From NCBI GenBank assembly GCA_002269645.1, contig NIVC01003823.1, positions 90,704 to 154,703 of the forward strand: 64,000 nucleotides of DNA. The letters are read 5' to 3'. A model generated the notes under the pieces. The model ran no database searches and was not told the origin of the DNA. It saw only the letters and a list, made by a program, of their open reading frames with translations. Positions 45,533-58,300 of the stretch are shown one piece after another. The DNA is from Macrostomum lignano. Its lineage: Eukaryota. Within the stretch, counting starts at the first letter, position 1, and every line of letters begins with the position of its first letter. A program made the position numbers and the translations under genes.

Positions 45533-46120
45533 GGGGCCGTAGCACAGTGGTCCAGCGCGGCGCTTTGATGTGCCAGCGGCCCAGGCTCGTGTAAGAGCTG
45601 AGAAATTAGAGTCAAAATTCACGAAGTATATTATTTGGCATGCACGATAACTATAGGGAGCGATTATATTGTCAGTGATAGAAAGGTAATAAAATGACTC
45701 ACCCAACTGGGGTGGAGGGCATGCACAGAGTAAATCAAGATGCAAGTAATAAGAGAGCAGCCCCCACCCCAAATGCACAAATCAAACGCAACCTCACACT
45801 CGATTCCAAGTGCAGTCACATTAATTTGGGGCTGAATTGGAATCTCGGCTTGGCTCTGCTCGTGCAATTAACGCCCTTGAGGGCCAACCCCAAGGCACAG
45901 TGAAGTGTACATGCCTAACGATAAATAAAGTTAGGGCCGCTGTACACTCCTGTGTAAGTGTGTGCCTGTGCGTATGACTGCGTACGTATCCGCGCGCTTG
46001 TGTGCCTGCTCAGGGGAGTCGGCGGAATGGGCAGCAATGCCTCTCGCCGGTTGTGTGCCAATGTCGCTTAAAATGCGCCAGGTTGCACACAGCCCCCCTG
46101 CCCTACTGTCTCTAATAAAT
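45533..46120 (+). mobile_element. SINE family 1 split by a solo LTR
   Basis: Head 45533-45589 and body 45799-46120 join into a canonical copy. Confidence 0.88.
45590..45798. mobile_element. 209-bp solo LTR (Gypsy-like)
   Basis: TGTAAG...CTCACA termini, 4-bp TSD CTCG (45586-45589, 45799-45802). Confidence 0.75.
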
Positions 46121-46221
46121 AGAGATTGGTTTTCGATTTCCAATAGATTATCTGGTCACGTGATTGGAAATGTTGGGACGAAGAAAGGTAAATGCGTTTG
46201 ACGTGATGCAGCTGTAGCTAT

Positions 46222-46366
46222 GCCGGCAAGATAAAAATTGAAGACGTTGGGCGACGCTATTCCAGGCGTTGGTCGAGACCGTCCTGCTGTACTGCGCAGA
46301 GACTTGGACGTTGACGGACTCTCTTGAACTGCAGATTGACGCAGTGCACGCTGGCCTTGTCTAATG
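46222..46366 (+). mobile_element. RTE-clade LINE fragment (region just downstream of the RT domain)
   Basis: Translates LFQALVETVLLYCAETWTLTDSLELQIDAVHAGL, matching the RTE LLYxxETWTL motif. Confidence 0.7.
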
Positions 46367-46377
46367 CGCGGAGTGTA

Positions 46378-46518
46378 CGAAGCAAACTCCCTGCAAGCAA
46401 ACTCCCTGCAAGCAAACTCCCTGCAAGCAAACTCCCTGCAAGCAATTAACTCCCTGCAAGCAATTAACTCCCTGCAAGCAAACTCCCAGCAACCAATTAA
46501 CTCTCTGCAAGCAAACTC
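46378..46518. repeat. 15-bp tandem repeat (AAGCAAACTCCCTGC)
   Basis: Direct periodicity. Confidence 0.9.
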
Positions 46519-47447
46519 CTAACGGAGACAAAGAAAGGATGTTTTGTCTTCTCTGTCAACAGAGTCTGCTTCAAATTGAGACTGAAATACGCTCGTAATA
46601 TACTCGTACAATGCAATTTGCTAACAAGTACAATATCAGCATTTACAAATTAGTATCTCATTAATGCACATAGATTATATTGGCTAAAACATGCCTTAGA
46701 TTTTAGCAAGGTTAAAGCAGCTCAATCCAGTTGAAAATAAGAGTTGGAATTAGAAAGAGAGAGAGGGAGAGAGAAAGAACTGTTTACTACTATGCTCTGG
46801 AAGATGCTTCGAAACAGACAGCCACCGGTCAAGTGATGAAGCCTCGTCCCTACATACGCTCGTACGGGTATAGGTTCTTTGGTTGTCACCCGCAGGCCTT
46901 CATCACTTTATATCTAGAGAGAGAGAGCAGCTTCTCATCTAGCAGCTTAGCGAAGTTCTAAGCCCTCAGCTCGTTCTAACCCATCCAACACAGCCAAACC
47001 CCATTGTTTGCTTTGTACAGAGACACACCCCTCAACTGGTTTTTGAAGAAGACTATTTTCATAGAAGCAGGAATAAGAGCGGGGAAGTTGCAGAGCATTT
47101 AGGCAGAAGCTCACCATTATCGTCTGTCCTTTCCGCAATTACTAAACGAGACAGAAAAAGAAAGAGAGAGGAGGAGAGAGAGAGAGAGATCTTCGCATTT
47201 TATTTAAAATTGCTACGAACTACAGCAGCACCAGCAGTCTTACTCACAGCGGGCAAGCTCAAGCAGGATTGGTAGTGCTGAGGCGGTTGGCTAGAAAAAC
47301 AGGGTAAGAAATAGAAAGAATTGTGATCTGCATTGGGTAAGCTATATATATACATTATACAACAGGCCTGGATGCAAGGACCCAAGCGAGCCTAATCCAC
47401 AACAACAACAATAATAAAAAGCTCCAATTCCCTGCCGTCTCAAAGCC

Positions 47448-49442
47448 ATGGCCAACCCTAGCGCGGTTCTCGCTGACATCAGCGACTTCGACAGAGACAA
47501 GATGAACCACGTCAAAGTCACGGAGAAATTGGTTCTACCCAACAGTGAGCAGCTCAAGTCTGAACGAAAAGAGACTCAACTACGCTCCGAAATTGAGCAG
47601 GGCCTCCAGCTGAATCATGTCGCCAAGGTGGAGGAGAAAGTCGTCCTGCCAGATGCCAGCGTCATCGCCCAGGAGAAACAGGAGCACGAGCTGCACGAGG
47701 GCATCAAGGGAAGGCCGAAATTAAATCACGTCGACGTAGAGGTGCGGAACAGCCTGCCGGGTGCGGAGGCGATTGCCCAGGAGAAACAGGAGCACGAGCT
47801 GCACGAGGGCATCAAGAGAAGGCCGAAATTAAATCACGTCGACGTAGAGGTGCGGAACAGCCTGCCGGGTGCGGAGGCGATTGCCCAGGAGAAACAGGTG
47901 AGCAACCGCTTAGAGTTCCAGTTCGTGCCAGTTGGTCTAAATTGAGTCATCACGCGGCTGATGCAAATAAAAAGCAACCGAAAAAGAAGCAGCTTATTCT
48001 CTGTCGAATCGCACAATTGGACCGCGTATCACTCCTAGTCGTCTGTTAGAGTAGCTTGGTAGATGTTTTGGTTGGCAATATAAGATCCCCATCCTTAGGT
48101 ACATGCATGTAAAGCCTAAATCTAATCCATCATCTCCGCACCGCACGCAGGAGTTGCAGCTGCGAACTTACTTACTTACTACTGACGGGGGGCGCAGGCG
48201 CCGCGAATAGGCCGCGAGGCCCCTATCGCAACCCCAAGGTAAAAGAGCACAAGGATTAGCCTTGGGGGTGCGCCCAGTCCCCGCCAGTAGTCGGCAGGTC
48301 CGCAGTGGAGGCATCGGCGACCCTCATCCGGCCGGAGTCCCGGACGAAGGCGCGGAGGTCTCGGATATTGTCCGCGGTGGTCAGCTCGTCCATCCGCTGG
48401 GGGTGGCCGAGGTATTTGTGCCGCGCCTTGTTGAAGTAAGGGCAGAAGGTGACGTGATGCTCCGCGGTCTCCTCTCCTATGCCACAGAAGGGGCAGGTGG
48501 GAGGGCAACCGGTTTGCAACGATATATGTCTCTGGAAGAATCCGTGGCCGGTTAGGACCATGCACATCTCCCTGAGGTCGGTTCTGTTAAGCGAAATCAG
48601 ATAATCAGAGACTTTCCTGTTCAGGTTAGGCATGGCAGAGCGGCTCTGCCTGTACTCGGTGCAGCTGTTCCAGTGGAGCTGGTGCTGCTGATGGAGCCAC
48701 CTGTTGATATGGCGGGTGACTTGCGACCTGGGAGTGGGTAGCCTCATCAGACGGTGGTTGCCGTCTGGGTTGCTGCCCTCCTTGGCGAGAGAGTCTGCGA
48801 GCTCGTTGCCCAGGATGTTGCTGTGACCAGGTGTCCAGATAATTCTAATCCTGTTAAGGACTGAGAGAGATTGCACACTGCGGTGGCATTGAGATACTGT
48901 AGCAGCGGAGATATTCTCAGTGGTTAAGGCCTTAATAGCAGCTTGGCTATCAGTGTAGAAATTAATGTCAAAATTATTAATGTTCGCCTGAAACAGTTGC
49001 TGGGCACACTGCTCGATGGCGCAAATTTCAGCTTGGAAAACTGAGGTGTTCTCACCGAGGTGCAGACTTTCCTGGAGAAGCATCTTACCCTCGTGGAAAA
49101 TGGCAATACCCGCTCCAGCGCGGCCGTTGAACAGCGAGCCGTCGGTGAAGCAGTGAATGCCCTGGCTGCGCCGGTTCACACCGACATCCAGCGGAATGTT
49201 GTCTCAGCTGACTGTCTCAGTTTACGCAGCTGCGAAGCGAAATTGAGAAAGTACACAAGCTGAACCCTGTAGACACGAAGGTGCGCATCAGCATGCCAGA
49301 CGCTGGAGACATCCTCCAGGAGCGTCGAGAGCAGCAACTGCGCGAGGAGATTACGAAGGGCGCGCCGCTGCGCCGCGTTGAAACGAAAGTCCGCGACAGT
49401 CTGCCCGACGCTGAGACGATCGCGGCCGAGAAGGCGTGCTGA
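47448..49442 (+). CDS. Six-repeat beta-thymosin/WH2 actin-binding protein (ciboulot/tetrathymosin-like). Exon 1 47448-47897; exon 2 48151-49442 interrupted by a LINE at 48167-49225
   Basis: Repeated LxxxI...L[NR][HPR]V.T/V.(EK/R)..LP...I.QEK units; donor CAG|GTGAGC, acceptor CGCAG|GAG; frame resumes ..QLR|[16 protein letters not shown]. Confidence 0.85.
48167..49225 (-). mobile_element. 5'-truncated non-LTR retrotransposon (I-group, LOA/R1/Tad1-like)
   Basis: 11-bp TSD GCAGCTGCGAA (48156-48166, 49226-49236); (TAAG)n 3' tail; RNase H ORF. Confidence 0.92.
48256..49203 (-). pseudogene. Truncated LINE ORF2 C-terminus: RNase HI domain + CCHC-like zinc knuckle
   Basis: FTDGS, FQAE, YTDSQAA, WTPGH..GNELAD..AK motifs; [14 protein letters not shown]; no stop in 316 codons. 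Confidence 0.9.
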
Positions 49443-50571
49443 GGCGCTGAAAAGGGCCTGAGTTGACGTTGGACTTAATCTCGAACCCATTGATAAAATA
49501 TAGCTACCCATACAGCTTATTCAAGCAATCTTCCTTTCTGGCGTTCAGCATACAATGAACCAAATTAGTAGTGAACATATCTATTCCCGGTATCACACAC
49601 AGAATTAGCATAGCTTAATCCAAATCCTTCCAATCAAGCTAATCTACATTAAATCAAAAGCGTTTTTGTTGAAAAGACAATAATAAAAATGTACATATAT
49701 TCAGCTTAGATGCAAAAGTACTCACTAAGTTACTTTTTACTTGCACTTTTTGTTGTGGTTCTCGACTTAGTACGAGCTACTTTTTCATGAGTGGAGGAAG
49801 TCTTAGAATGACTAATTAGTTAACCTAATTAGTAACAAGTATAGGGGTCCAATGGGTGCATAGGAATAGTCCTGCAGTACCAAGGGCATTATAAACAAAA
49901 TCATATGCAAATAAAGTGATTTTTTGTGTTAAGCCTCGATGCGAAAGATCTTAAAATCTGCTTTGTGTGGAATATGGTTGGTGTTTATACAATAACATTC
50001 TTGGTTTTGGGTTATTATAAAACAAGGTTGTAGCTTTTATAATAAAACCTTAATAGAAAAAGCAGTGCGACTCACCATTTACTCGTGCTTCATTAGACGG
50101 TATTGTTTGCGTTAAACTGTGCCTTATAAATAGCAATGAGCATACGAGCGTATATAGCCAAGTGTCTTTAGTAAATTGTAGAATAAAATAAGATACTAAA
50201 TTGACTCCAGTATTTTTATGAAAACAAATTGGATTTGAAAAAAACACAGTAAGTGGAGCGCAGGCCCTAACCCTAGCGGAGATACGTGGATATGAAGTTT
50301 AATTTCAGATATTTGGTCCATTGCTTATTTTTCGAAGGTATGACGTGTCGGAGTTATAAAAGAAATTGCTTTTCGGAGAAATGAATTTTCGGGTATCAAA
50401 CTTCGGAGATATGCATTCGGAGAAAATTGGATTAAAGTGACCTGGAACTAAAGCGGCTTTGAATGAAATAACTCATGGTCTCTGCGCTCTTAGATATGCA
50501 GTTGCAAGCATCAGCGGCTGCTATTGGCAGTAGTTAAGTTTTTAATAGAAAAATAATAAAATGCAACAAAA

Positions 50572-50820
50572 GGCGCTGTAGCATAGTGGTTGAAAGTTCC
50601 GGGATTCGATTCTCGACCCACTCGACACAATTTGTGTCCTTGAGCAAGACACTTAACTCTGCATTGCTGCAGTTCACCCGGCTGTAAAATGGGTGCCAGC
50701 ATTAGCTGGGGTAATTGAGGCTGTGTGGCGACCCCCCAGTCCTTGGACTGAACAGCCGTACGCAGCCTTCAGATGCTGTCGGTTGCACATCTGCCTATTA
50801 GAGCAGGTGTAATAAAAATT
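50572..50820 (+). mobile_element. SINE family 2
   Basis: Homologous body CCTTGAGCAAGACACTTAAC..GGGTGCCAGCATTAGCTGGGG. Confidence 0.85.
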
Positions 50821-51240
50821 AAAACAAATGAAGTATCCGATTATGCATTTGATATAGGATATCAACAAAATGTGTCCACTCTGATAAGTGAACAAACTGT
50901 ATATGCACGTTTATATAGCCATTACCACGGCAAGTAAGCGGTAGGAACTTGCTTATAAATTAAATATTAGGCGTCTGCATACAGATATAGGAGGAAAAAT
51001 CGCAAATCAACCATGCAAGACTTGAATTTGAATCGAATTGAAATACTACTCATAGTTATCTGTAACTAAGTAGTATCGTTATAGACACCAAATCACTATA
51101 GAACTGAATAAACAGCAGTAAATAAGATTAATATGTGAAACAAAAATTTATGCACTTACATGTATTTACACAAAATAAAAAATAATGGTTTAAATTCTTT
51201 ATAGCAAGAATAGTTAACCAAAGTACTAATCACAGATACA

Positions 51241-51666
51241 AAAATAACTGGATGGGCCACTCAGGCACATACTTAGTAAAACAGTTTTCTACTTTCAGTT
51301 CAGTAGCAAAGAAGAATACATAAGCTATTTTATAATAATAAAGGCAGCTGAAATGACTTTGATAAGTTTAGAAGCCAAGCTTGCAGGCGTAAACAACTTG
51401 CTAATTGGTTCAGCAATAATGTACATTGGCCAGTCCACCGAAATGTACATGGCAGCTTTAGGCTGCAATTCCGAGAAAGGCAATAAAAATTGGGGCGGGG
51501 CGGAGGGTAAAGTGGAAAGGCGCTATTGGAGGGTTTAGCTGGGGGGTCAGGGCCAATAAATGAACCTTGGCTTTAAAAATACATTAAAATGCTTCTGGTT
51601 TAACTTACTACTGGAACTGAAAGTAGCATACACGCAAATGCGCTGAGTGGCCCATCCAGTTATTTT
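51241..51666. mobile_element. MITE-like element with a perfect 24-bp TIR
   Basis: AAAATAACTGGATGGGCCACTCAG / CTGAGTGGCCCATCCAGTTATTTT plus an inner CTACTTTCAGTTC IR; possible TA TSD. Confidence 0.75.
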
Positions 51667-52385
51667 AGTATATGTGGTGTACTAAATTATACAATTAGCA
51701 GGAAAAATACATGCTGATTAAATTTTTCTCCAATTTTTAAATGACACAATTTACGCACATGTAAATCGGCTGAGCTATCAGTACGGGAAAAATAGGCAAT
51801 AGCAGGACGTTACTGTAGAAAGACCAGAAATCGTACTCAACACTAAGCAGGTTCTCATCCTTCAGTGCTTTTTCACTTTAGTAGTAACATAAAATTCGCA
51901 GTGTACTGTCATATACAGAAGAAGAAAAATGGTGAGACGTGCAAAGGCTCCAAACCAAAGCTTCAACAGTCAGTGCATGCAAGTATTAAATTGAGATGAG
52001 ATGTACATTCTTAAAAATAGTTCAAACTGTACACTCGTGATAATGATGGCGTAAAACCTTCCCTTACTTTGGTCCCTAAACAGAATACGAACTCAATGAC
52101 ACACTAAGACGTCACTTTCTTCGGCTCAAAATCAATGAATATTGATCTGTGGCCAAGAAATGTTTTAGAACTTTACCAATGTAGAATCTTTACTATAGCA
52201 GTCTGTTTCTCGCTAGGAGTTGCTATTTTTGCCAAAGAAATAATTTGTCAAAAATTATATATTGAGAGAGGTATAAATAAAAGTGTACTTTTATCTGGCT
52301 TACAGGCAGTTTATCCTCTAGATAGGTGCAAGCTAAAAATAATTTATATAGAAAGCATCATGTTTACAAAAAACACTGATTTGGG

Positions 52386-55300
52386 TCAACAGGAACAGCC
52401 GCCGGAGGCCTGTGGCTGCTGTTGGCCTCCGCTGCTGAGGGCGATGCCGTCCGGTCCGGCAGCCTCCCAGAGCCCAGGCGTCTGGATGATCTTCTCCACC
52501 AGCTCCTCGAAGGCGGTCTTAACGCCCTCGTTGGTCTTGGCGCTGGCCTCGATGAACAGCATGTGATGCCTGCGTGCAAACCGAAGGCCCTCGTCTCGGG
52601 TCACCTCGCGATCGGTCTGAGAGGTGTACAGGTGAGTTATGTGCTGACATAAACTCGACATTTAACACTAGTTGAAGATCACGCCATCCCAGTGTCATGT
52701 CTAGCTGGGAATCGTGTCATCCCAGTGTCATGTCTAGCTGGGGATCATGTCATCCCAGTGTCATGTCTAGCTGGGGATCATGTCATCCCAGTGTCATGTC
52801 TAGCTGGGGATCATGTCCTCTCAGTGTCATGTCTAGTTGAAGATCATGTCATCCTACTGTCATGTCTAGCTGGGGATCATGTCATCCCAGTGTCATGTCT
52901 AGCTGGGGATCATGTCATCCCAGTGTCATGTCTAGCTGGGGATCACGTTATACCAGTCTTCTTGTTAAAGTGATTTTAGTGACAAATAGTTTGCTATAAA
53001 ATTGAAGTGCTTACGCAGTCAATCTTATTGCCAACCAGCATCTTGACAAGATTATTTCTATTGGCAAAAGTGGCTAACTCATTGAGCCAGTTCTCCAATC
53101 GCATAAATGTGTCCTTTTTGGCCACATCGTACACCAGAATGACGCCCTGAGCATTGCGATAATAGCTGGGAGTTAAAGTGCGAAATCGCTCCTGACCTGC
53201 CGTGTCCTGTGGTAGAAAAAATATGGTGTCAACATTCAATAACAATGGAAATAAACCAAAAAATAATTTTTACAAAGTGTAAAAACGTGAAAACCTCACC
53301 CAGATGGCTAATTTTGCCTTGTTCCCATCAACAGTGATAGTCTTCACTTTGAAGTCAACACCTGAAATTTGATGTTAGATTGTACACTAGCAATCTACGC
53401 CCCCCGTTGGGGAGCCAAAGAAATGCAATACACGTTTTTTTAATAAGCTACATGTATCCTTGAAATCTTAAAAAATCTCCTATCAAACCTTGTAAGCCTT
53501 GACATGTCAGTAATTCCCCCCACAAGCTTTAACATATCAACTTCCCCCCTTGACATCTCAGCCATGCCCCCAATAAGCCTTGGAAATCTAAAAATATCTG
53601 TCAACCTTCTAACCCTAACCCTAACCTAACCCTAAAGCATTGAAATTTCAGTAATTCTCTCTAAGAGTCATTATAGCACTACTACAGCATTATAGCGATT
53701 CCCTGCAAGCCTCGACATCGTAGGGATTCCCAAATGAATATCTTAACTTCGACATGAAGCTTCTTTTAATCAGCGATCCCTCCCCTGAGGAGGCATCAAA
53801 TAATGTAATAAAAAGTTTTCAATAAACTACATGTAGCTTCTGACTTTAGCCTTGAAATCTCATTTATACCCCCGTGAGCCTTGACATCTCAGCTATTCCC
53901 CCGTAAGCCTTAACATGTCAGCGATGGCGCCCATAAACCTTGAAATCTGAAAAATCCCCTGCTAACCTTGAAACTCGATAAAATATAACCCTCAACCCAC
54001 ACCTGACCTAAACCTAACTTTAACCCAACATAAAGCCTTGAAATCTCAGCAATTCTTCTCCCCTAAGCCTTGACATTTTAGTGATTCCTTCTTTAAGAAT
54101 CACAGCACTATAACGATTTCCACCTAGCTTTGACATCGTAGCAATTCCCAAATGAATCTTTTAACTTCGACATGACTTTTCTTTTATGTATACATAGTGC
54201 TACTTTTATTTTTTACATGACTCTTCTTCTATCAGCGCCTCCCGTGGCGAGCCAACAAAGAATGCAATAAAAAAAATTGAGTAAAGTACATGAACTTTGA
54301 ATTAGCTTCTGACTTTTGCTTTGACATCTCAGAAACCCCCCCCCGTAATCTCAGTTATTCTCTGAGAGCCTTGACGTCTCAGTTTTTCTCCCCAGCACAG
54401 CATTATAGCTGCATTTAATTTTCCATGACACCTTTCATGTCTGACATGACGCTTCTTTTATTCTACTATGATGCTTCTTAATTTTTTAAATGACACTTTC
54501 ATTAGTTTTTAAATGACGCTTCTATGATTTTTTCATGACGATTCTATGATTTTTTACATGACGCTTCTATGATTTTTAGATGACGCTTCGATGATTGTTT
54601 ACATGACGCTTATATGATTTTTAACATGACGCTTCTATGATTTTTAAAATGACGCTTCTATGATTGTTTACATGACGCTTCTATGATTTTTTACATGACG
54701 CTTCTATGATTTTTTACATGACGCTTCTATGATTGTTTACATGACGCTTCTATGATTGTTTACATGACGCTTCTATGATTGTTTACATGACGCTTCTATG
54801 ATTTTTTAAATGACGCTTCTATGATTTTTATATTACGCTTTTACGATTTTTTACATGACGCTTCTATGATTGTTTACACGATGCTTCTATGATTTTTACA
54901 TGGCGCTTCTATGATTGTTTACATGGCGCTTCTATGATTGTTTATATGACGCTTCTATGATTTTTTAAATGACGCTTCTACGATTTTTTACATGACGCTT
55001 TTATGATGTTTTAGATGACGCTTCTATGATTTTTTACATGACGCTTCTATGATTTTTTACATGACGCTTCTATGATTGTTTACACGATGCTTCTATGATT
55101 TTTTACATGACGCTTCTATGATTTTTTACATGACGCTTCTATGATTTTTACATGACGCTTCTATGATTTTTTAAATGACGTTTTTTGATTTTTATATGAC
55201 GCCTCTATGATTTTTTAAATGACGCTTCTATGATTTTTATATTACGCTCTTACGATTTTTTACATGACGCTTCTATGATTGTTTACACGATGCTTCTATG

Positions 55301-58300
55301 ATTTTTTACATGACTCTTCTATGATTTTTACATGACGCTTCCATGATTGTTTACATGACGCTTCTATGATTTTTTACATGACGCTTCTATGATTGTTTAC
55401 ATGACGCTTCTATGATTGTTTACATGACGCTTCTATGATTTTTTAAATGACGCTTCTATGATTGTTTACATGACGCTTCTATGATTTTTTACATGACGCT
55501 TCTATGATTGTTTACATGACGCTTCTATGATTGTTTACATGACGCTTCTATGATTTTTTAAATGACGCTTCTATGATTTTTATATGACGCTTCTATGATT
55601 GTTTACATGACGCTTCTATGATTGTTTACATGGCGCTTCTATGATTGTTTACATGACGCTTCTATGATTGTTTATATGACGCTTCTATGATTGTTTACAT
55701 GACGCTTCTATGATTGTTTACATGGCGCTTCTATGATTGTTTACATGACGCTTCTATGATTTTTTAAATGACGCTTCTATGATTTTTATATTACGCTCTT
55801 ACGATTTTTTACATGACGCTTCTATGATTGTTTACACGATGCTTCTATGATTTTTACATGGCGCTTCTATGATTGTTTACATGGCGCTTCTATGATTGTT
55901 TATATGACGCTTCTATGATTTTTTAAATGACGCTTCTATGATTGTTTACATGACGCTTCTATGATTGTTTACATGACGCTTCTATGATTTTTTAAATGAC
56001 GCTTCTATGATTTTTATATGACGCTTCTATGATTGTTTACATGACGCTTCTATGATTGTTTACATGGCGCTTCTATGATTTTTTACATGACGCTTCTATG
56101 ATTGTTTATATGACGCTTCTATGATTTTTTAAATGACGCTTCTACGATTTTTTACATGACGCTTTTATGATGTTTTAGATGACGCTTCTATGATTTTTTA
56201 CATGACGCTTCTATGATTTTTTACATGAAGCTTCTATGATTGTTTACATGACGCTTCTATGATTGTTTGCATGACGCTTCTATAATTTTTTACATGACGC
56301 TTCCATGATTGTTTACATGACGCTTCTATGATTTTTTACATGACGCTTCTATGATTGTTTACATGACGCTTCTATGATTGTTTACATGACGCTTCTATGA
56401 TTTTTTAAATGACGCTTCTATGATTTTTATATGACGCTTCTATGATTTTTTACATGACGCTTTTATGATGTTTTAGATGACGCTTCTATGATTTTTTACA
56501 TGACGCTTCTATGATTTTTACATGACGCTTCTATGATTGTTTACACGATGCTTCTATGATTTTTTACATGACGCTTCTATGATTTTTTACATGACGCTTC
56601 TATGATTTTTACATGACGCTTCTATGATTTTTACATGACGCTTCTATGATTGTTTACATGACGCTTCTATGATTGTTTATATGACGCTTCTATGATTTTT
56701 TACATGACGCTTCTATGATTTTTTACATGACGCTTCTATGATTGTTTACACGATGCTTCTATGATTTTTTACATGACGCTTCTATGATTTTTTACATGAC
56801 GCTTCTTTGATTTTTTACATGACGCTTCTATGATTATTTCATGACGCTTCTACGATTTCTGCAGGACGCTTTAATGATTTTTACATGACACCTCTATGAT
56901 TTTTACATGACGCTTCTATGATTGTTTACATGACGCTTCTATGATTGTTTACATGACGCTTCTATGCTTTTTACATGACGCTTCTATGATTTTTACATGA
57001 CGCTTCTATGATTTTTTATATGACGCTTCTATGATTGTTTATATGACGCTTCTATGCTTTTTACATGACGCTTCTATGATTTTTTACATTACTCTTCTAT
57101 GATTGTTTACATGACGCTTCCATGATTGTTTACATGACGCTTCTATGATTTTTTACATGACGCTTCTATGATTGTTTACATGACGCTTCTATGATTGTTT
57201 ACATGACGCTTCTATGATTGTTTACATGACGCTTCTATGATTTTTTAAATGACGTTTTTTGATTTTTATATGACGCCTCTATGATTTTTTAAATGACGCT
57301 TCTATGATTTTTATATACGCTCTTACGATTTTTTACATGACGCTTCTATGATTGTTTACACGATGCTTCTATGATTTTTTACATGACTCTTCTATGATTT
57401 TTACATGACGCTTTAATGATTTTTTCATGACGCTTCTACGATTTTTTACATGAAGCTTCTATGATTGTTTACATGACGCTTCTATGATTGTTTACATGAC
57501 GCTTCTATGATTGTTTACATGACGCTTCTATGATTTTTTACATGACACTTCTATGCTTTTTTACATGATGCTTCCACGATTTTTACATGACACTTCTACG
57601 ATTTTTTACATGACGCTTCTATGATTTCTTACATGACGCTTCCATGATTGTTTACATGACGCTTCTATGATTGTTTACATGACGCTTCTATGATTGTTTA
57701 CATGACGCTTCTATGATTTTTTAAATGACGCTTCTATGATTTTTATATGACGCTTCTACGATTTTTTACATGACTCTTTTATGATTTTTTACATGACGCT
57801 TCTCTGATTGTTTACATGACGCTTCTATGATTGTTTACACGACGCTTCTATATTTTTTACATGACGCTTCTATGCTTTTTACATGATGCTTCACGATTTT
57901 TTACATGACACTTCTACGATTTTTTACATGACGCTTCTATGATTTCTTACATGACGCTTCCATGATTGTTTACATGACGCTTCTATGATTGTTTACATGA
58001 CGCTTCTATGATTTTTTAAATGACGCTTCTATGATTTTTTAAATGACGCTTCTATGATTTTTATATGACGCTTCTACGATTTTTTACATGACTCTTTTAT
58101 GATTTTTTACATGACGCTTTTCTGATTGTTTACATGACGCTTCTATGATTGTTTACACGACGCTTCTATTATTTTTTACATGACGCTTCTATGATTTTTA
58201 CATGACTCTTCTATGATTGTTTACATGACGCTTCTATGATTGTTTACATGAAGCTTCTATGATTGTTTACATGACGCTTCTATGATTGTTTACATGACGC

